From Ylistrum balloti (lineage: Eukaryota), in NCBI RefSeq assembly GCF_031769215.1, contig NW_026782452.1, positions 496,001 through 560,000 of the forward strand: a stretch of 64,000 bases of DNA. Reading direction: 5' to 3'. The notes below the pieces were generated by a model that saw only the letters and a program-made list of their open reading frames with translations, was not told the DNA's origin and made no database searches. A program made the position numbers and the translations under genes. How positions within the stretch are numbered: position 1 is the first letter of the stretch; each line of letters starts with the position of its first letter. Shown in pieces: positions 37,442 to 50,880 of the stretch.

Positions 37442-40400
37442 GTAAGTCAGATTATTGAGACACAATACGTTCTTCTATCGTATTACTTCCATATCAGATT
37501 CAATTTTTTTTCCGTAAAAGGGCACCACAGAAAAGAAATGACTTCAGTTCAAAGAGAATATGTTCTATCAAACCAGTTTTGTTTTTCTGTCCTGAGCCAA
37601 AATTCATTCTTTGTTTATGTGATATTTACATTATTCTTAATTATGCTAGATGACGCACATATAAAAAAAATGCTCCGTATGGTAACGTAGTTCCTGACAA
37701 AAACGCATAATATCAGTCAGGAAAGAGCTTACACGCCACAATGACATTTACTGTTGAGAGTGTCAAGACAATAAAATACCAATAAATATTGGTTAATTGT
37801 GTAGTGCTTTAAGAAATGATGAAAAAATGAGATGCTACAGCGGGTGATTTAATCTTGTAATTATTGTGACATTGGTGTTTTGTTTGCTTGTGTATATGTT
37901 AATATATGTTATGAAGTCATGATATTGGTCAGCATACTTTCAGTATGAGGTATAAAGAAATTTTAAATTCAGCAAAAATGCTGCCGTAGTATTTTTGATC
38001 AACATTATCTTCAGGTTAAGTAAAAAGCACCTATGTTACATGCCTTTCACTTCTGGATGTTCCATGCCTTCCACTTACGGAAGAATTTCAGATGGATCTT
38101 GTCCTGGATGTGAAAAAATGTGGTCTTGTATATGTTACTAGTTTAGAACTCAGCACCTTTGGTGCCTGAAGAGCTTTGCTCTAGTCTTGATATAGCTATT
38201 CAATTCTGGTAGAGACATTGGTATAAATAGTGACCTCAGTTCCATAATAATTAAGTATCAGAGGTCATTATTTATTTCAATACCTCCATTAGGATTCGAA
38301 ACCTGGTCCCCTGGCTTACTAGTCTGACACTCGACTGTTAAGCAAATTGTCCTCGAACCAAGCAGTATTTTGAGGCTAGCATTTTATCATGGTTACAATT
38401 ACAAGTAAATAACTAAAATACATAGGGCATATGTATTCCAATAATGGCAGAACACTCCAGTCATGCTTTACAGGTTTTTACGCACCCATGTGCAGCTTCT
38501 GTGATTTCAGTATTTATAAATAATCAGGTTAGAGGAGGGGAGTGGTTTTCCCATTAATTTCGGATAGAGACTTTTTGTCCTGTCTTAAAAGAATTTTGTT
38601 TCAAGTAAACTGCAAATTTTGGAAATCACATGCACATGTACAAACATATTTTATGATTCATAATAATATCAATATGGAATGTACCCTTTTATTGGTCAAG
38701 AAAGTCCAAAGAAAATGCCTCAAAGAATTGATGATATAGATAAATATTTTCTGAACTGAAGTACATCCTTGATAAATGAATGTACAGTTTAGATTCCTAT
38801 ACAGTTTTGAAGTATTTGTGTTACAGGTTTGCACACTTGAAGAGTGATGGGGAAAGGAGAGGAAGGTCTGCACATTGTGTTTTGATACCTTGTCTGCTCA
38901 TTAACCCAGAAAACGTTTTAAATCTTTAGCGCACTGTGTATTAATCTGTTAATTACACCAAGGTAGTCTGTATCATTTTGGAAAAAAATATCAATATCAA
39001 AATTAATGTTTAAATCAAGCTTCAGAGATTCTTTTTTTTTTTCGTTAGCCATGGAGGAAATTTCATATTGGTGCAATGAAGTTACCAAAAAGTAAGCTAA
39101 AAACAAGTGATTTAGATTTAATAATATAGAAGATGAATTGGGTTTGAGTCAAAATATTTCACTTCAAAACCACAGACGGTCACACATACACAAATACATT
39201 ATACATTCATTTTTCAAAAGCAGAATACATATATTTCAAACCTTAGAGCTAAACATTATTTGGACTTCTCTGAACAGTGGTGTTGACATTATCTCACAAA
39301 TCTTACTGATATTTCACAATTAGACAACTGAAAATAAGAAAAAGTCTCAGGAACACAAAATGACATTACAAGGCGATATAGCTTTGCACACAATTTTGAA
39401 AATTATGTATACCATGTAGAAAATCCAATATATGATTTATAGGTATTTTAAGTCCATAAGCAAACAGAAGAAATTTAATTTAGGGCTCATCAACATAGTT
39501 ATGTGTTATCAACAGCTAAAGCTAAGTACCATATATCAGAAATAGTTTAACAGGTGAAGTTTTGAATCAATGCAAGGTGCAGTCTTCATTAATTTAGTGT
39601 GTGTGTGTTTATTTATACATGTGTATATACTAAAAACAAGTTTGTAGCAGTGCATGGTAATATTAATGGTGTGGTCCCCGAACGACTACTGTATATTAAC
39701 TAAGAATTTGTTTGAAGGTGTGAAACATAAAATATAATTAACACTAAAGTTATCAGATTTGCAGACTTCGTTGTTTTGCTGACATGGTTTTCTATTTTCA
39801 CTAAATCTAAATCTCACAGATTATTAAGGTTATGGTGACACTGTGTTCAGCCTCCAGTTTGTAGTTTTGTTAAACTGTAGTGTGATATTATAAACTTTTA
39901 ATTTATCTGTTCTAATGATGATGTAGAAATAAATGCAATCAGACCTCATTATCGCGAACTTGTATAACTGGAAGACCCCGTTTACTTCAAAGCATTTCGT
40001 CGGTCCCTGTCAAACTTCACACAAAACATTCACGTCAAGTTCACAATAACGAGATTCGATTTTAATATGTTAAAAGATACAAAGTATGATGTCATTACAT
40101 TAAAAAGAAAATAACTTAATGTGATATTGACAACATTTAGCATCAGGTCTCCATGTTTTAACAATAACGATACTGGTATAGTGAGTTAAACTGGGGAAAA
40201 ATATTGTGTTACCAGGAAATGATACTGCATACTCCTTGCCAATGTCTTTAAAAAACTATAGATATAGAATGTTAGATGAGTTTTTATTTCATATGAAATT
40301 TTATGAAACAAATCTCATTTTACGACATTTTCAATTCATGATGTGTCATTGTTCATATTATGATATCACAATTAATTTGTGACTGACTCAGCCAATGAAA

Positions 40401-41056
40401 AATGCTCCAGGGTATATCATGCTAGTGACATATATAGTATGCAAAAATTATACTTGGGGTAAATTCACTGGGCATCACCCAGATTATGTGATAAAGAAAC
40501 ATATTATGACTTGAATTACAATAATTTGATATATTGTATCAGGAAAAATAAATAGCCACATAATTCTAAAAAAGCAATATGTATCAGATAAAAATAAAAT
40601 ACCAGAGTGATGGTCCTTTCTTTATTATGAAATTTGATACGATGTGATGTTTTCTCATAATAATTGTAATATATATTATGTAGTTTGAACTTTAACAAAT
40701 CAAACCTCATGAGTCATCAGGGATGCATCTGGTGTCACCATTGCATTCATTGGATAACACACTGGTCTTTCACATTGGAGACCAAAGTTTGATTTCCCAA
40801 TCATTTGGGGAAAGATGTACAGGTAGGATAATTTGTCAGTTTCCCAGAGGAATTCCTGTCTCCTCCCACAATAAGAATCCTCATACACTTTTATGTGAGC
40901 TGACAGAAGTGACAAGTGGAAGTTGATAAACTTAATGTTTCATAATTTAATTGTTAAACGAAAAAAAAAAAGATTGAAAGTCTATACCACACTTATGGGT
41001 TTAACAATGGATCCAAAATCAATACAAGGTATTGGATGTTCTTTGTTCCAGGTGTC

Positions 41057-44000
41057 ATGATGTTGGAGGGCACATCAGCCATCCATGTGGCCACCATCCT
41101 GGAGGATTGTGTGGACCAGCTCTCTGTCCTGGGACGCATCATGCCCGCTGCTTATGAGGGCAAGTTTGATGCTGTAGAGGTAAGTTATGCCAACATTAAT
41201 TAAGAAAGTTAGGTCAAGCCCACTACTTTTGAGGGCAAGTTGGATGCATGTCAGAGTAAAATGCCTATTATTTGCAAAGCAAGTTTGATGCAGTAGATAA
41301 TAGTAATGACCACTGTTTATGAGGGCAGATTTTATTCAGTAGATGTAAGTACCAGGTAATGCCCACCAATTTTGAGGGCAAATTTGATACAGTAGATGAT
41401 AGTAAAGCCTACCACTTACATGGGCAAATTTGATGCAGTAGATGATAGTAGTGCCCACCACTTATGAGGGCAAATTTGATGTAAGCAATTTTAGTTTGTA
41501 CCCATGACAAATATGTGGTTATTTTTATGTTTAAAGTGCAAAGTGATTACACAGTTGAATTATTTTGTTTGTCATTTGTGTTTTTGTAGCTTGTTCAAAA
41601 TGAACTCAACCAGCTAGTGATGGGGCAGAAGGAACTGGAACTTAAATATCAGACAATCCTCTCAAAAAAACTGGACCTCCGAAACACAACTAAAAATGCT
41701 GCTAAACTCAGTGAAGTGGAGCAAGAAGTTATGGATGCTGGACGTGACTTAAGAAACAGTACACATGTTTTTGGGCGAAGTTTACGTCAGAATCCGCTTA
41801 CTAGTGATAACACAGCAAAAATCCAAGCTGATAGGTAAGATCTACACCGGGTATATTTTATCATGATTTATTTTTGCAATTCTGAACATTTGAATTCAAT
41901 AACTACAACTATAGTGTAGCTGCATCAAGCTAGATATACATGCTTTTTATGTTGGAATTAAGAAATCTTTATGTGTCCCAGTTGTCAGTGCTTGGTTTGT
42001 CTTGTATATTGTTTGTATGTCACTAAATTGTTTATCACTTTGTGAATAGTCAAAGTCATTTTGAGGTAGGGTCACATTAATTGTAGTTCCTGGTGGCTAC
42101 CTAACTGAACAACATACAGGAGGCCCATCACATGACATTTAGAGCAATAAGAGTAAAATGTCTTGTCAAAGGACACAACGACATCAACACAGATTGATCT
42201 GTTTCTCAGCTTCATGAGATAAACAAAACATCACTGGTAGAGAGTGTCAAAACTGATATCTCGTACCTTCAATTGATTTAACATTGGCCAACGTTCTTAT
42301 CAGCAGAGCTGTCATCACCCCTTGCTGTCCTTCTATCTAACTGCCTTTATAGCATCACTGACAACTCATTGAAGGGCAAAACCGCCATTATTTGACGTCT
42401 GCTGTATTTAATTATAAGACATGTATATATTCATTTTAAAGGCCAGTGACCTGATTACTGGTACTTGTTTCCTGTACAACCATACTTGTCTATCATGACG
42501 TATTTTATAATCTTTTGTTTGTCAGAAATGTCAGTGATATTACGGTATTTATCAAAAAGCTTTTATTTTCAGAGGATTTTTGGAGGGAGTGATGAGTGAT
42601 ACGCTGTCAGAATTGATCCAGAACTGTAGCTTTCAGGCGCTCATGGAAGCAGTCCGGCTACAAAAGGAAAGAAAAGCTAGATTACAGGATACAATCCTCA
42701 AGTTAGTAGCCATACAGAGACAATCCTAAAGTACACGCTACATATTATCAGGTTTTTAGAAGCTGGGTGATATGAAATATAATTATAATGATAATTCAAT
42801 CAGTTAAGAAAAAAGAATGTAGGAAAGAGGCTCCACCAAAATTTTCGTTTGGATTTTGAAGTTAGAAATAAAAATTGAAAGTTTCGTTTATTAATCAGGT
42901 TGGGAAGATTAAAAAATATGAAAAATATAATATAGGAATTTAATGAATATAATTATTTACAAATTGTTTTCAGAAAACTCCCCCAGAAAAATTAATTGTA
43001 AAATTATTTTTCGCAGTAATGTTACAATTTTTACAATGAAATTGATAAATTCCTATTATTTCACTGGCAAAACTACATCTGTACATTTCACTGGTAAAAA
43101 TTAGTTTCATTGAGAGTGACCAAGTTTAGGGTGGACATATTCATTAAGGTATTGTATATTTTCTGCAATAAGCTCAGAAAATTAGCACATAAACTCAAAG
43201 TCAAGGGCTGGGTTTATTGCAGGACAACACTATAACATTTGTTGGTGAAACTGCAATATATATATATATATATATATAGGTTTATGATCAAATATTATGT
43301 TTGTGTTCACATATACAAATCTTATAGGGTTGATATCCGTACTAGTCTAAATCTGAACATTCAAACAAAATTTATTTACTTTATTTTGTTGATTTGTAGA
43401 GAAGAAAATGGACGTAAACGGGTCAAGCTTCTCAACAAACAACTACAAGACATTAAGAAGGAGAAGGAAGTCGAACTTCAACAGAGGAACAACATGATCG
43501 CTCACTACAAAGATCAGCTGCAGGAAATGAAGGCCAAGACAAACATGGAGGGAAAATACACTAAAAAGTCGGCCGAAGTTGCTGTTGCACAGACTCAGAA
43601 ACGATGTCAGCTGTCAGAGCGGGAGCTGCAGACAGAGATAGAGGTAAAGAGCTGACTCACTGTTATTGTTGTCATAATATTAATAACATTTCCATGTTTT
43701 TTTTTCTAAAATATTATTGTAGTAATTGTACATCGGATGAAACTAATCTTTTTAAGATGTTTTCTGTTAAATTAAGAATAGTAAGTGCTTGTACATTATT
43801 TTATGCATTTAACATTATTTTTCAGCAACTGAAACACAAGATTGATGAGGAGAACCGATGTAACATTGAAATTGAGTCCTACCTTAAGACCCACCAAGAG
43901 GTAATATCCCTCCCCCACACTCCTCCTACCTTAAGACCCACCAAGAGGTAATATCCCTTCCCCTCCCTCCTCCTACCTTAAGACCCACCAAGAGGTAATA

Positions 44001-46184
44001 TCCCTCCCCCACACTCCTCCTACCTAAAGACCCACCAAGAGGTAATATCCCTTCCCCTCCCTCCTCCTACCCAAAGACCCACCAAGAGGTAATATCCCTT
44101 CCCCTCCCTCCTCCTACCTAAAGACCCTAAAAGAGGTAATATCCCTCCCCCACACTCCTCCTACCTAAAGACCCACCAAGAGGTAATATCCCTTCCCCTC
44201 CCTCCTCCTACCTAAAGACCCACCAAGAGGTAATATCTCTCCCCCCACTTTAAGACCCACCAAGAGGTAATATCCCTCCCCCACACTCCTCCTACCTAAA
44301 GACCCACCAAGAGGTAATATCCCTTCCCCTCCCTCCTCCTACCCAAAGACCCACCAAGAGGTAATATCCCTTCCCCTCCCTCCTCCTACCTAAAGACCCA
44401 CCAAGAGGTAATATCCCTTCCCCTCCCTCCTTCTACCTAAAGACCCACCAAGAGGTAATATCTCTCCCCCACACTCCTCCTACCTAAAGACCCACCAAGA
44501 AGTAATATCCCTTCCCCTCCCTCCTCCTACCTAAAGACCCACCAAGAGGTAATATCTCTCCCCCCACTTTAAGTCCCACCTAGAGGTAATATCTCTCCCC
44601 CCACTTTAAGTCCCACCTAGAGGTAATATCTCTCCCCCCACTTTAAGTCCCACCTAGAGGTAATATGATAATATCTCTTTCCTACACACACACAAATTTA
44701 AAATTGTAACAATTTTGGTTTATTTTATGTAAATTTCTCACATTGTAACACAAATTGTTTGTTGACAGATTTCTCGCATTGTAACACATACCGTTTGTTT
44801 CTTATATCTCACATTGTATAAAAATTGTATGTGAGTAGCAACAGTTGGATCAATGGAACTGATAACATACATGTAAATATATAAAGGTTACTTTATAACA
44901 TGTATATATATTGCACTTATCGAGCTTGGAATAATTACGTCATAATACTATATTTTCTATCTATTTATAGAATAGGGTGTCTGCTTTTTGTTTACTTTAG
45001 GTGTAGAAGAATTGAGTTAGTTGCACTGAAGAAGTCAGGTGATAGGCAAAAGAAGTCAACAGTAACTGAATTGATTTAGAAATCTTTCCTGATGCTGTTG
45101 TGGTTTTGATACTATGTTTGATATCTCCAAAAATTGTATACTTTATGTTTTTCTTGCTTTGTGGTAGGAATTGGAGAAAAAGGTTGAATACTGGCTGACC
45201 AAGTATGACAAAGATGTAGAGGCCAAACAACATGAGCTGGATGTCCTCAAGGCCAGTAAGGCTAAGGATCTTGACCGCCTCCAGGAACTGACCAAACAGT
45301 ATAAGGAATATGAACAAGTAGTAGTTGAAGATCGTATTGAGAAGGAGAAAGCACGCCGAAAGGCAGACCAGGAGGCCATTGAGCTTAAGGCTGCCATCAG
45401 GGTAAGATTTAGTCAAATCTTATTGACAGCTCTCTCATCAAATGACCAACAAATAAATCACACCAGGTGGTGGTGGGGATGGGGGTGACTGGTCTTATTG
45501 CAAACCAATGAGGTAGATTCTGTCGGGAATTCTACAAAACAGTAACAGATATGGGTGGGCTTATTACCAGGCATGGGTGTATTGATGGATAAATATCGCC
45601 AGTATATATACTTATCATTTGACTATAACTAACACTGTACACAATATGTGAAAAATGAAAATTGTAGTGGTGCTTAGTTCTTAGCAGATTTGTTGGCAAC
45701 ATAAGTCTGCTTTAATTAAGAGTGCAGTAAATTTCATAAGGCGAGAACTATTTATCAATTTTATTTTTAATTGAAAGAAAGAACTTAGAAGAGACACAAA
45801 GAAAAAAAAAAAGTTATTGCCTTTTGTGAAGCCCACAAGCTTATGAATCTGTAGCTTTACAGAAAACCCAGCTCCGCTAGTAACAGGAGATGGAAGAATC
45901 TTTACTACTAAACAGAACATTTTTACATTAATCCTGTACATAAAAACAAAAGATTTCAATAATAATTTTATGTTATCAAAAAAAAACAACAAATGTAAAT
46001 AGACTTCTAATTTACTTGTTAAATGACTGCGATCATCAGATGGTCCGTTTTACAACTTGTGATTGTGTTACAGGTACAAGCCTGGTGGAGGGGTGTCATG
46101 GTCCGCAAAGGGTTCGGACCTTACAGTAAGAAGAAGAAGGGAAAGAAAGGCAAAAAAGGAAAGAAAGGCAAAAAGAAGAAGTAA
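41057..46184 (+). CDS. IQCG: IQ domain-containing protein G / dynein regulatory complex subunit 9, 7 coding exons, 386 aa
   Basis: Exons 41057-41179, 41590-41834, 42573-42701, 43400-43643, 43826-43900, 45168-45401, 46074-46184, with matching phases (1161 nt). Motifs match recalled human IQCG: ILEDCVDQLSVL, KDQLQEMKAKTNME, AQTQKRC, YWLTKYDKD, YEQVVVEDRIEKE, the IQ motif AIRVQAWWRGVMVRK, and a Lys/Gly-rich tail. Confidence 0.95.
41200..41490. repeat. Degenerate 45-bp tandem copies of the 3' end of IQCG coding exon 1
   Basis: About 6 units such as CCCACCACTTATGAGGGCAAATTTGATGCAGTAGAT, compared with the exon end CCCGCTGCTTATGAGGGCAAGTTTGATGCTGTAGAG|GTAAG. Confidence 0.8.
43878..44665. repeat. 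47/37-bp minisatellite made of the IQCG exon end plus its splice donor
   Basis: Unit CCTACCTTAAGACCCACCAAGAG|GTAATATCCCTCCCCCACACTCCT. The real donor is at 43901, followed by 17 copies ending at 44660. Confidence 0.97.
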
Positions 46185-49100
46185 AATGTGCGTTATCATT
46201 GTCAGCTGGACTGTCGCATTCTTCTTTAAGTGTGAATACAAACCTCTGTGATCTAGAAATGACTGAAAAATATATTTATCTGACCTTCAATAAAAATTAC
46301 TCGGACAATAAAATCATGTGATGACAGTTTTTATTCATTTTGGCTTTCAAAATACAACTTTGGATTTTTTCTACATTTCTATGTGGATAATTTGTTAGTA
46401 TATATATGTACCAATATATATTTATTATGTAAATATATCTCACTAGAACACAAATTATAAAGTAACCTTGTATTTGATGTCTTTGTTGATTAAATGTTCT
46501 GTTACAATTTACATATTGTTTGTTTGTTTACTGAAGTAAGCAAAATATTTCTGTTACCAATTTTGTCAAAACTGAATTTTGGTTGTACACTTTTAACATA
46601 GAAAAGGTTCTGAATGAAAACAGTATAGACACTAAATGTCGCATACAGAAATTTGATTTTAAATTTATAAAAAAAAAAGATATAAAAAATGAATACAAAA
46701 TATTTTGGAAGGCAGATGTATATCGGTGTAGTAACAAATATTTAAGAATTTTTAAATCGATCTTTTGATAAGACCAGCAGCCAACACATAACTTCCAATT
46801 ACTCAAAGTGGGCTTATTACAGGACAAGGAAATGGCATTGGTTTACAATTTTGGCAAACAGCAATATGTATGGGTGTGAAAGGGTTTATTGGAATCTGAC
46901 AGGAGCAGGATTTCTTGCAAGGTCATAGACAGGTCAAAGTACTTCAACAAAATTGATGTCCTCTTCTACAACTTTCACAAAAAATGTCCCATGGTGACAT
47001 ATCAAATTTAATTACAATACAGTTCTGACATTAGAAATTTAAGAAAAAAAAAAAAAAAAATTAAAAAAAAACTTTTCATTTTCAATTAGTAAGCTAAATA
47101 TAATCTCGAGTATACCCGTCAACTTATCATAATTATCATTCCTAACTGTAACATAGTATAACATATCTTTTTCTACGGCAGTTTTCTTAATGAACAACAT
47201 TTTGAAATCATGCAGAACTGTAGTTTGCAAGAAAATGTTTATTTATCCATTAAGGGGGAAAATTAATGAGGCTCATTGCTTTATTAAGGCCAACTACTGT
47301 AGGTACTGCAACAGAAGTGTAGACATTATCAGGAAAAAATAGTTTCGAATTTTCACAGTGTATGGAAAGTTGGTTGGACTGAATTGTTTTTTGTTTAAAG
47401 TAACAGTGATACTGGTGCTTTACCTTTAAATGTGAAAAGAAAAGCAAGTATTTTCATAAGAAAGCTTAATTTCATAGTTTGAGTCAGATGGACCCAAAAT
47501 GATTTTAAACGTAACATTTTGCGGAAACAAATTGTCTATTGATGGTTGGTTGACAGGTTTTACAACTGCTTCCACTGATGTTTTTATGGTGTTCAGACGA
47601 CAGGGGCCAATCTGTCCTTTATCCCCGTCTTTGGTGGCCCGTCGTGGGCCCATTCTTTAAACTCCATATATCTCTGTCACTCTCTACATCCTTGGAACAT
47701 GTCATGGCAAAATTGAAAGTTTCATGTGTGAAATTTTGTGGACTAGACGAAAAGATTAGTTTGATCCTTCAAACTTCGAGGTCACATACGATACGTTGTA
47801 ATGACTTTCATATAAGGTAGTGGTGTTAAATGATAATGGCACAACAGGTGTTTTACAACAGTTTGAAAGTGATGAGATATAAGTATGATCGATTTCAGCC
47901 ATTTCAGTAATTGTAAGCACTACTGGATCTCATTAGATCACCAATCAGTTTTACTGCCACAGAAGTGGAATAAATATTAGAAAGTAGAGTGTTTGAAACA
48001 GGATTCAATGTAACTGTAACTTTCTTGAACTTGCACTAGACTGTAATATGTTTTGCTCACAAAGTACAATGAAAGAATATTATTATCTCTAGTTAAATTC
48101 ATTTTATATGTGGTTCATTAAGTCTGTGTTACATGCATGACTGAATGTGTTATATTTGTGTTGAATAATTGTTATGCATTCTGTAAGTGAAACCTTTAGT
48201 CCTGTTGAATTGGGAATAAATAAATGAATAATTGTCAAACAGGTACAATATTGAACTTCACTTAAATTTTTCTATTAAATTGACACTTTTTCCGAATTGG
48301 GTACATGTTCAAAGGGGAGACAACTTGTGACAACTTGCGTCTTTTGTGTAATATCTATGCAATAAAATCGATTTAAATTCAAGGGAAGACAATTCAGGTA
48401 TACATCTTTAACGAAGTGAAACTGGCAATGTTTATTCCATTTGTCTTATAAATAAGTATTGCAATATTCTTAATATGTATTTTTATTTGTGGAAAATATC
48501 AATTTTATGAAAATGTTTGCATCAAAATAATTTAATCCTCTATGAAACAAATATTTCAAGTGACATTTTTTACGTTATTACCTAATGACTTAAAAATGAT
48601 GACGTCAGTTTAACAAAATAGCCGATATTCAGTGATTATCAAAAAGAGTCCATCATAAACGTAAAAATTATTGCAAAATGCGATTAAATTAAAGGGATTT
48701 AATGTAATTATTTTTTATTTTGTCGATTCATAACACCAAAAACGGAATGTATTCTCGGTTTATTTAAAGTACTTGTTTTGATGTTGTGCCAAATTACATA
48801 AAAAAAAAACTCATCTTGCCGTTAAAAAGAAAAGAAAAATTACTTTTCTACTATTGGTATTAAATTTGGCCGATGTTATTGCCAGCTTCTTAATTCAACC
48901 TGTGATAAGAACCTGCTTTTCAGTCCAACTTTTGTATATTGTCTTTATGTCCAATCATAAAAATGACATGTAGCATCATATGTCAGTCAACCTAGGTGAG
49001 GTCAATCATGCTTTTTCACTTTCAGTCTTGCACAAAGGTTTTTCATATCATTTCTTTAAAAGAATCTGGAGGAAATCTACTCACAGGGACCCGAGAATTT

Positions 49101-49572
49101 AGAATGAAATAGACTGTGACTACTGACTCGCTGCTCTCAGTCATGTCTTTAGTCAAGAGCAGGAAAGACATGTGGCTCTTTATTAGTTTACACCAATCAA
49201 ACATCAATTTTAGCGATGACACAAAACACATATCATACAGACAACAAAATATAGAGATGAGCGTTCTAAAGACAGAATGTATGGTCAGAGTTGTAATCCT
49301 CACAAATTATTGATGTTCAGATGGAAAGTGCAGATTTTCGCTTGAAATGTAGTCTGAAGTGGGTTCAAAGTCCCTAGTTCTGTTTATCAAAAATGGAACT
49401 GGGAACCAGATGATAGTTTTGTTGAACAAAAACTCATATGTTGGCAAAACGAAAAGTCCAACATGCATGATCTTATCTTCATCCAGCACAGGAATCGAAC
49501 CCACAACCTTTCAAACAAAAATTAAGACTACTACAGCCTAAGCAACATAAGAAATATTTGATGCAGATAGGA

Positions 49573-50880
49573 TCATGTCCATTGGACCTGTGGATTTGTA
49601 AACATATATTGTATTAAATACTTCATACAACTCCCCATCTCTTCACTTGTGGAAGAATTCAAGACAGGCAAGGCAAGACTCATCATGACCTTGAAGGACT
49701 CCAAAGATGATAAGGTGTGATTAGCCAGCATGGAAGTACGAACTGGCAGGAAATGGTCAGCATCAAGAGCAGTTGACGGGACTGGAAGTAGACTGATACA
49801 CAAAGACATTGATGGAACAATAGCAGTAGGAAGACAAGGTATAGGAACAACTAAGAGCACCTTTTGGAAAAAGGCTGATGCGGAAGAAAGGCATGGTCCT
49901 AAAGGAAATTAGAAATGGTGAGGAAGAACCAAGGCAGGCCAAAGCAGTTGCATTGGGAGCTCAAGGAGCGTGGACAATATGGGATACAGAACCGCATGCA
50001 CTTTCCTGGTCAGAAATCTGGAAGTACCCGCAATTCCAACTGCAATTCCTCCTCCGGTCTGTGTATGACGTGCTACCAACACCAGCAAATCTCCACTTGA
50101 TTGCCGCCTGTGTGGACAGAGAGGAACATTACAGCACATTCTTACCTCTTGTCAGGTGGCCTTAGCACAGGGAAGATATACATGGCGCCACAACCAAGTC
50201 TTAAGGGAGCAGGCAGATATTATGGAAAGGGAAAAAAAGAATAAGGCCACCCAACCAAGGTCCAGACATACACAGATTATGTTTGTGAAGGAAGGTGAGA
50301 CACCAACATCCGCATCACTGCAGAGAACTTCCAGAATTCTTTGTCAGGCAGGAGACTGGAAGCTGGCAGTAGAACTTAATCAGAGACTTACCTTTCCGGA
50401 CATTGTACCAACCAACCTTCGGCCGGATATGGTTCTTTGGTTGTCAACGACAAGAATGGTCATTATCATAGAACTAACAGTTCCATGGGTGGAAAGGTGC
50501 AGTGAAGCACTTGAACGGAAGAGAGGAAAGTACGAAGCATTGCTGATGGAGTGCAGGGAGAAAGGGTGGCAGACTTGCAGCTTTCCGGTCGAGGTGGGAT
50601 GCAGGGGCTTCCCGCACAGTCTGTGTGGAGAATGCTAGCTGAATTGGGAGTGTCAGGCAGGACCAAGAGATCAGCGGTGCAGAGGATGGCCAAGGAAACA
50701 GAGAGATCTTCATGCTGGGTGTGGATGAAGAAAGACTCAAGTAGCTGGACACCCTCCACCAACGCGCAGTGACTGATCATCACTGTGGACCCCCCCATCC
50801 TGAGAGTGTACTGAGCTAGGGGTCAAAACACACAGTCAGGGATGACCTCGACTGAGACGTCGGCGGTGAAGCAGTAGAAA
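49573..50880 (+). mobile_element. 5'-truncated, frameshifted non-LTR retrotransposon with a restriction-like endonuclease (HERO-type)
   Basis: Across frames: QLPISSLVEEFKTGKARL, EVRTGRKWSA, QGAWTIW, FLLRSVYDVLPTPANL, a CCHC knuckle (CRLCGQRGTLQHILTSC), RYTWRHNQVL, and the RLE motifs LRPDMV, IIELTVPW, RKRGKY and PVEVGCRGF. There are internal stops and frameshifts, and the RT core is absent. Confidence 0.85.

Noticed and set aside
46770-47830. Minus-strand coding-like stretches with Cys spacing reminiscent of a PHD finger or transposon relic
   Set aside because: Stops occur in all frames and there is no consistent exon chain or firm motif.
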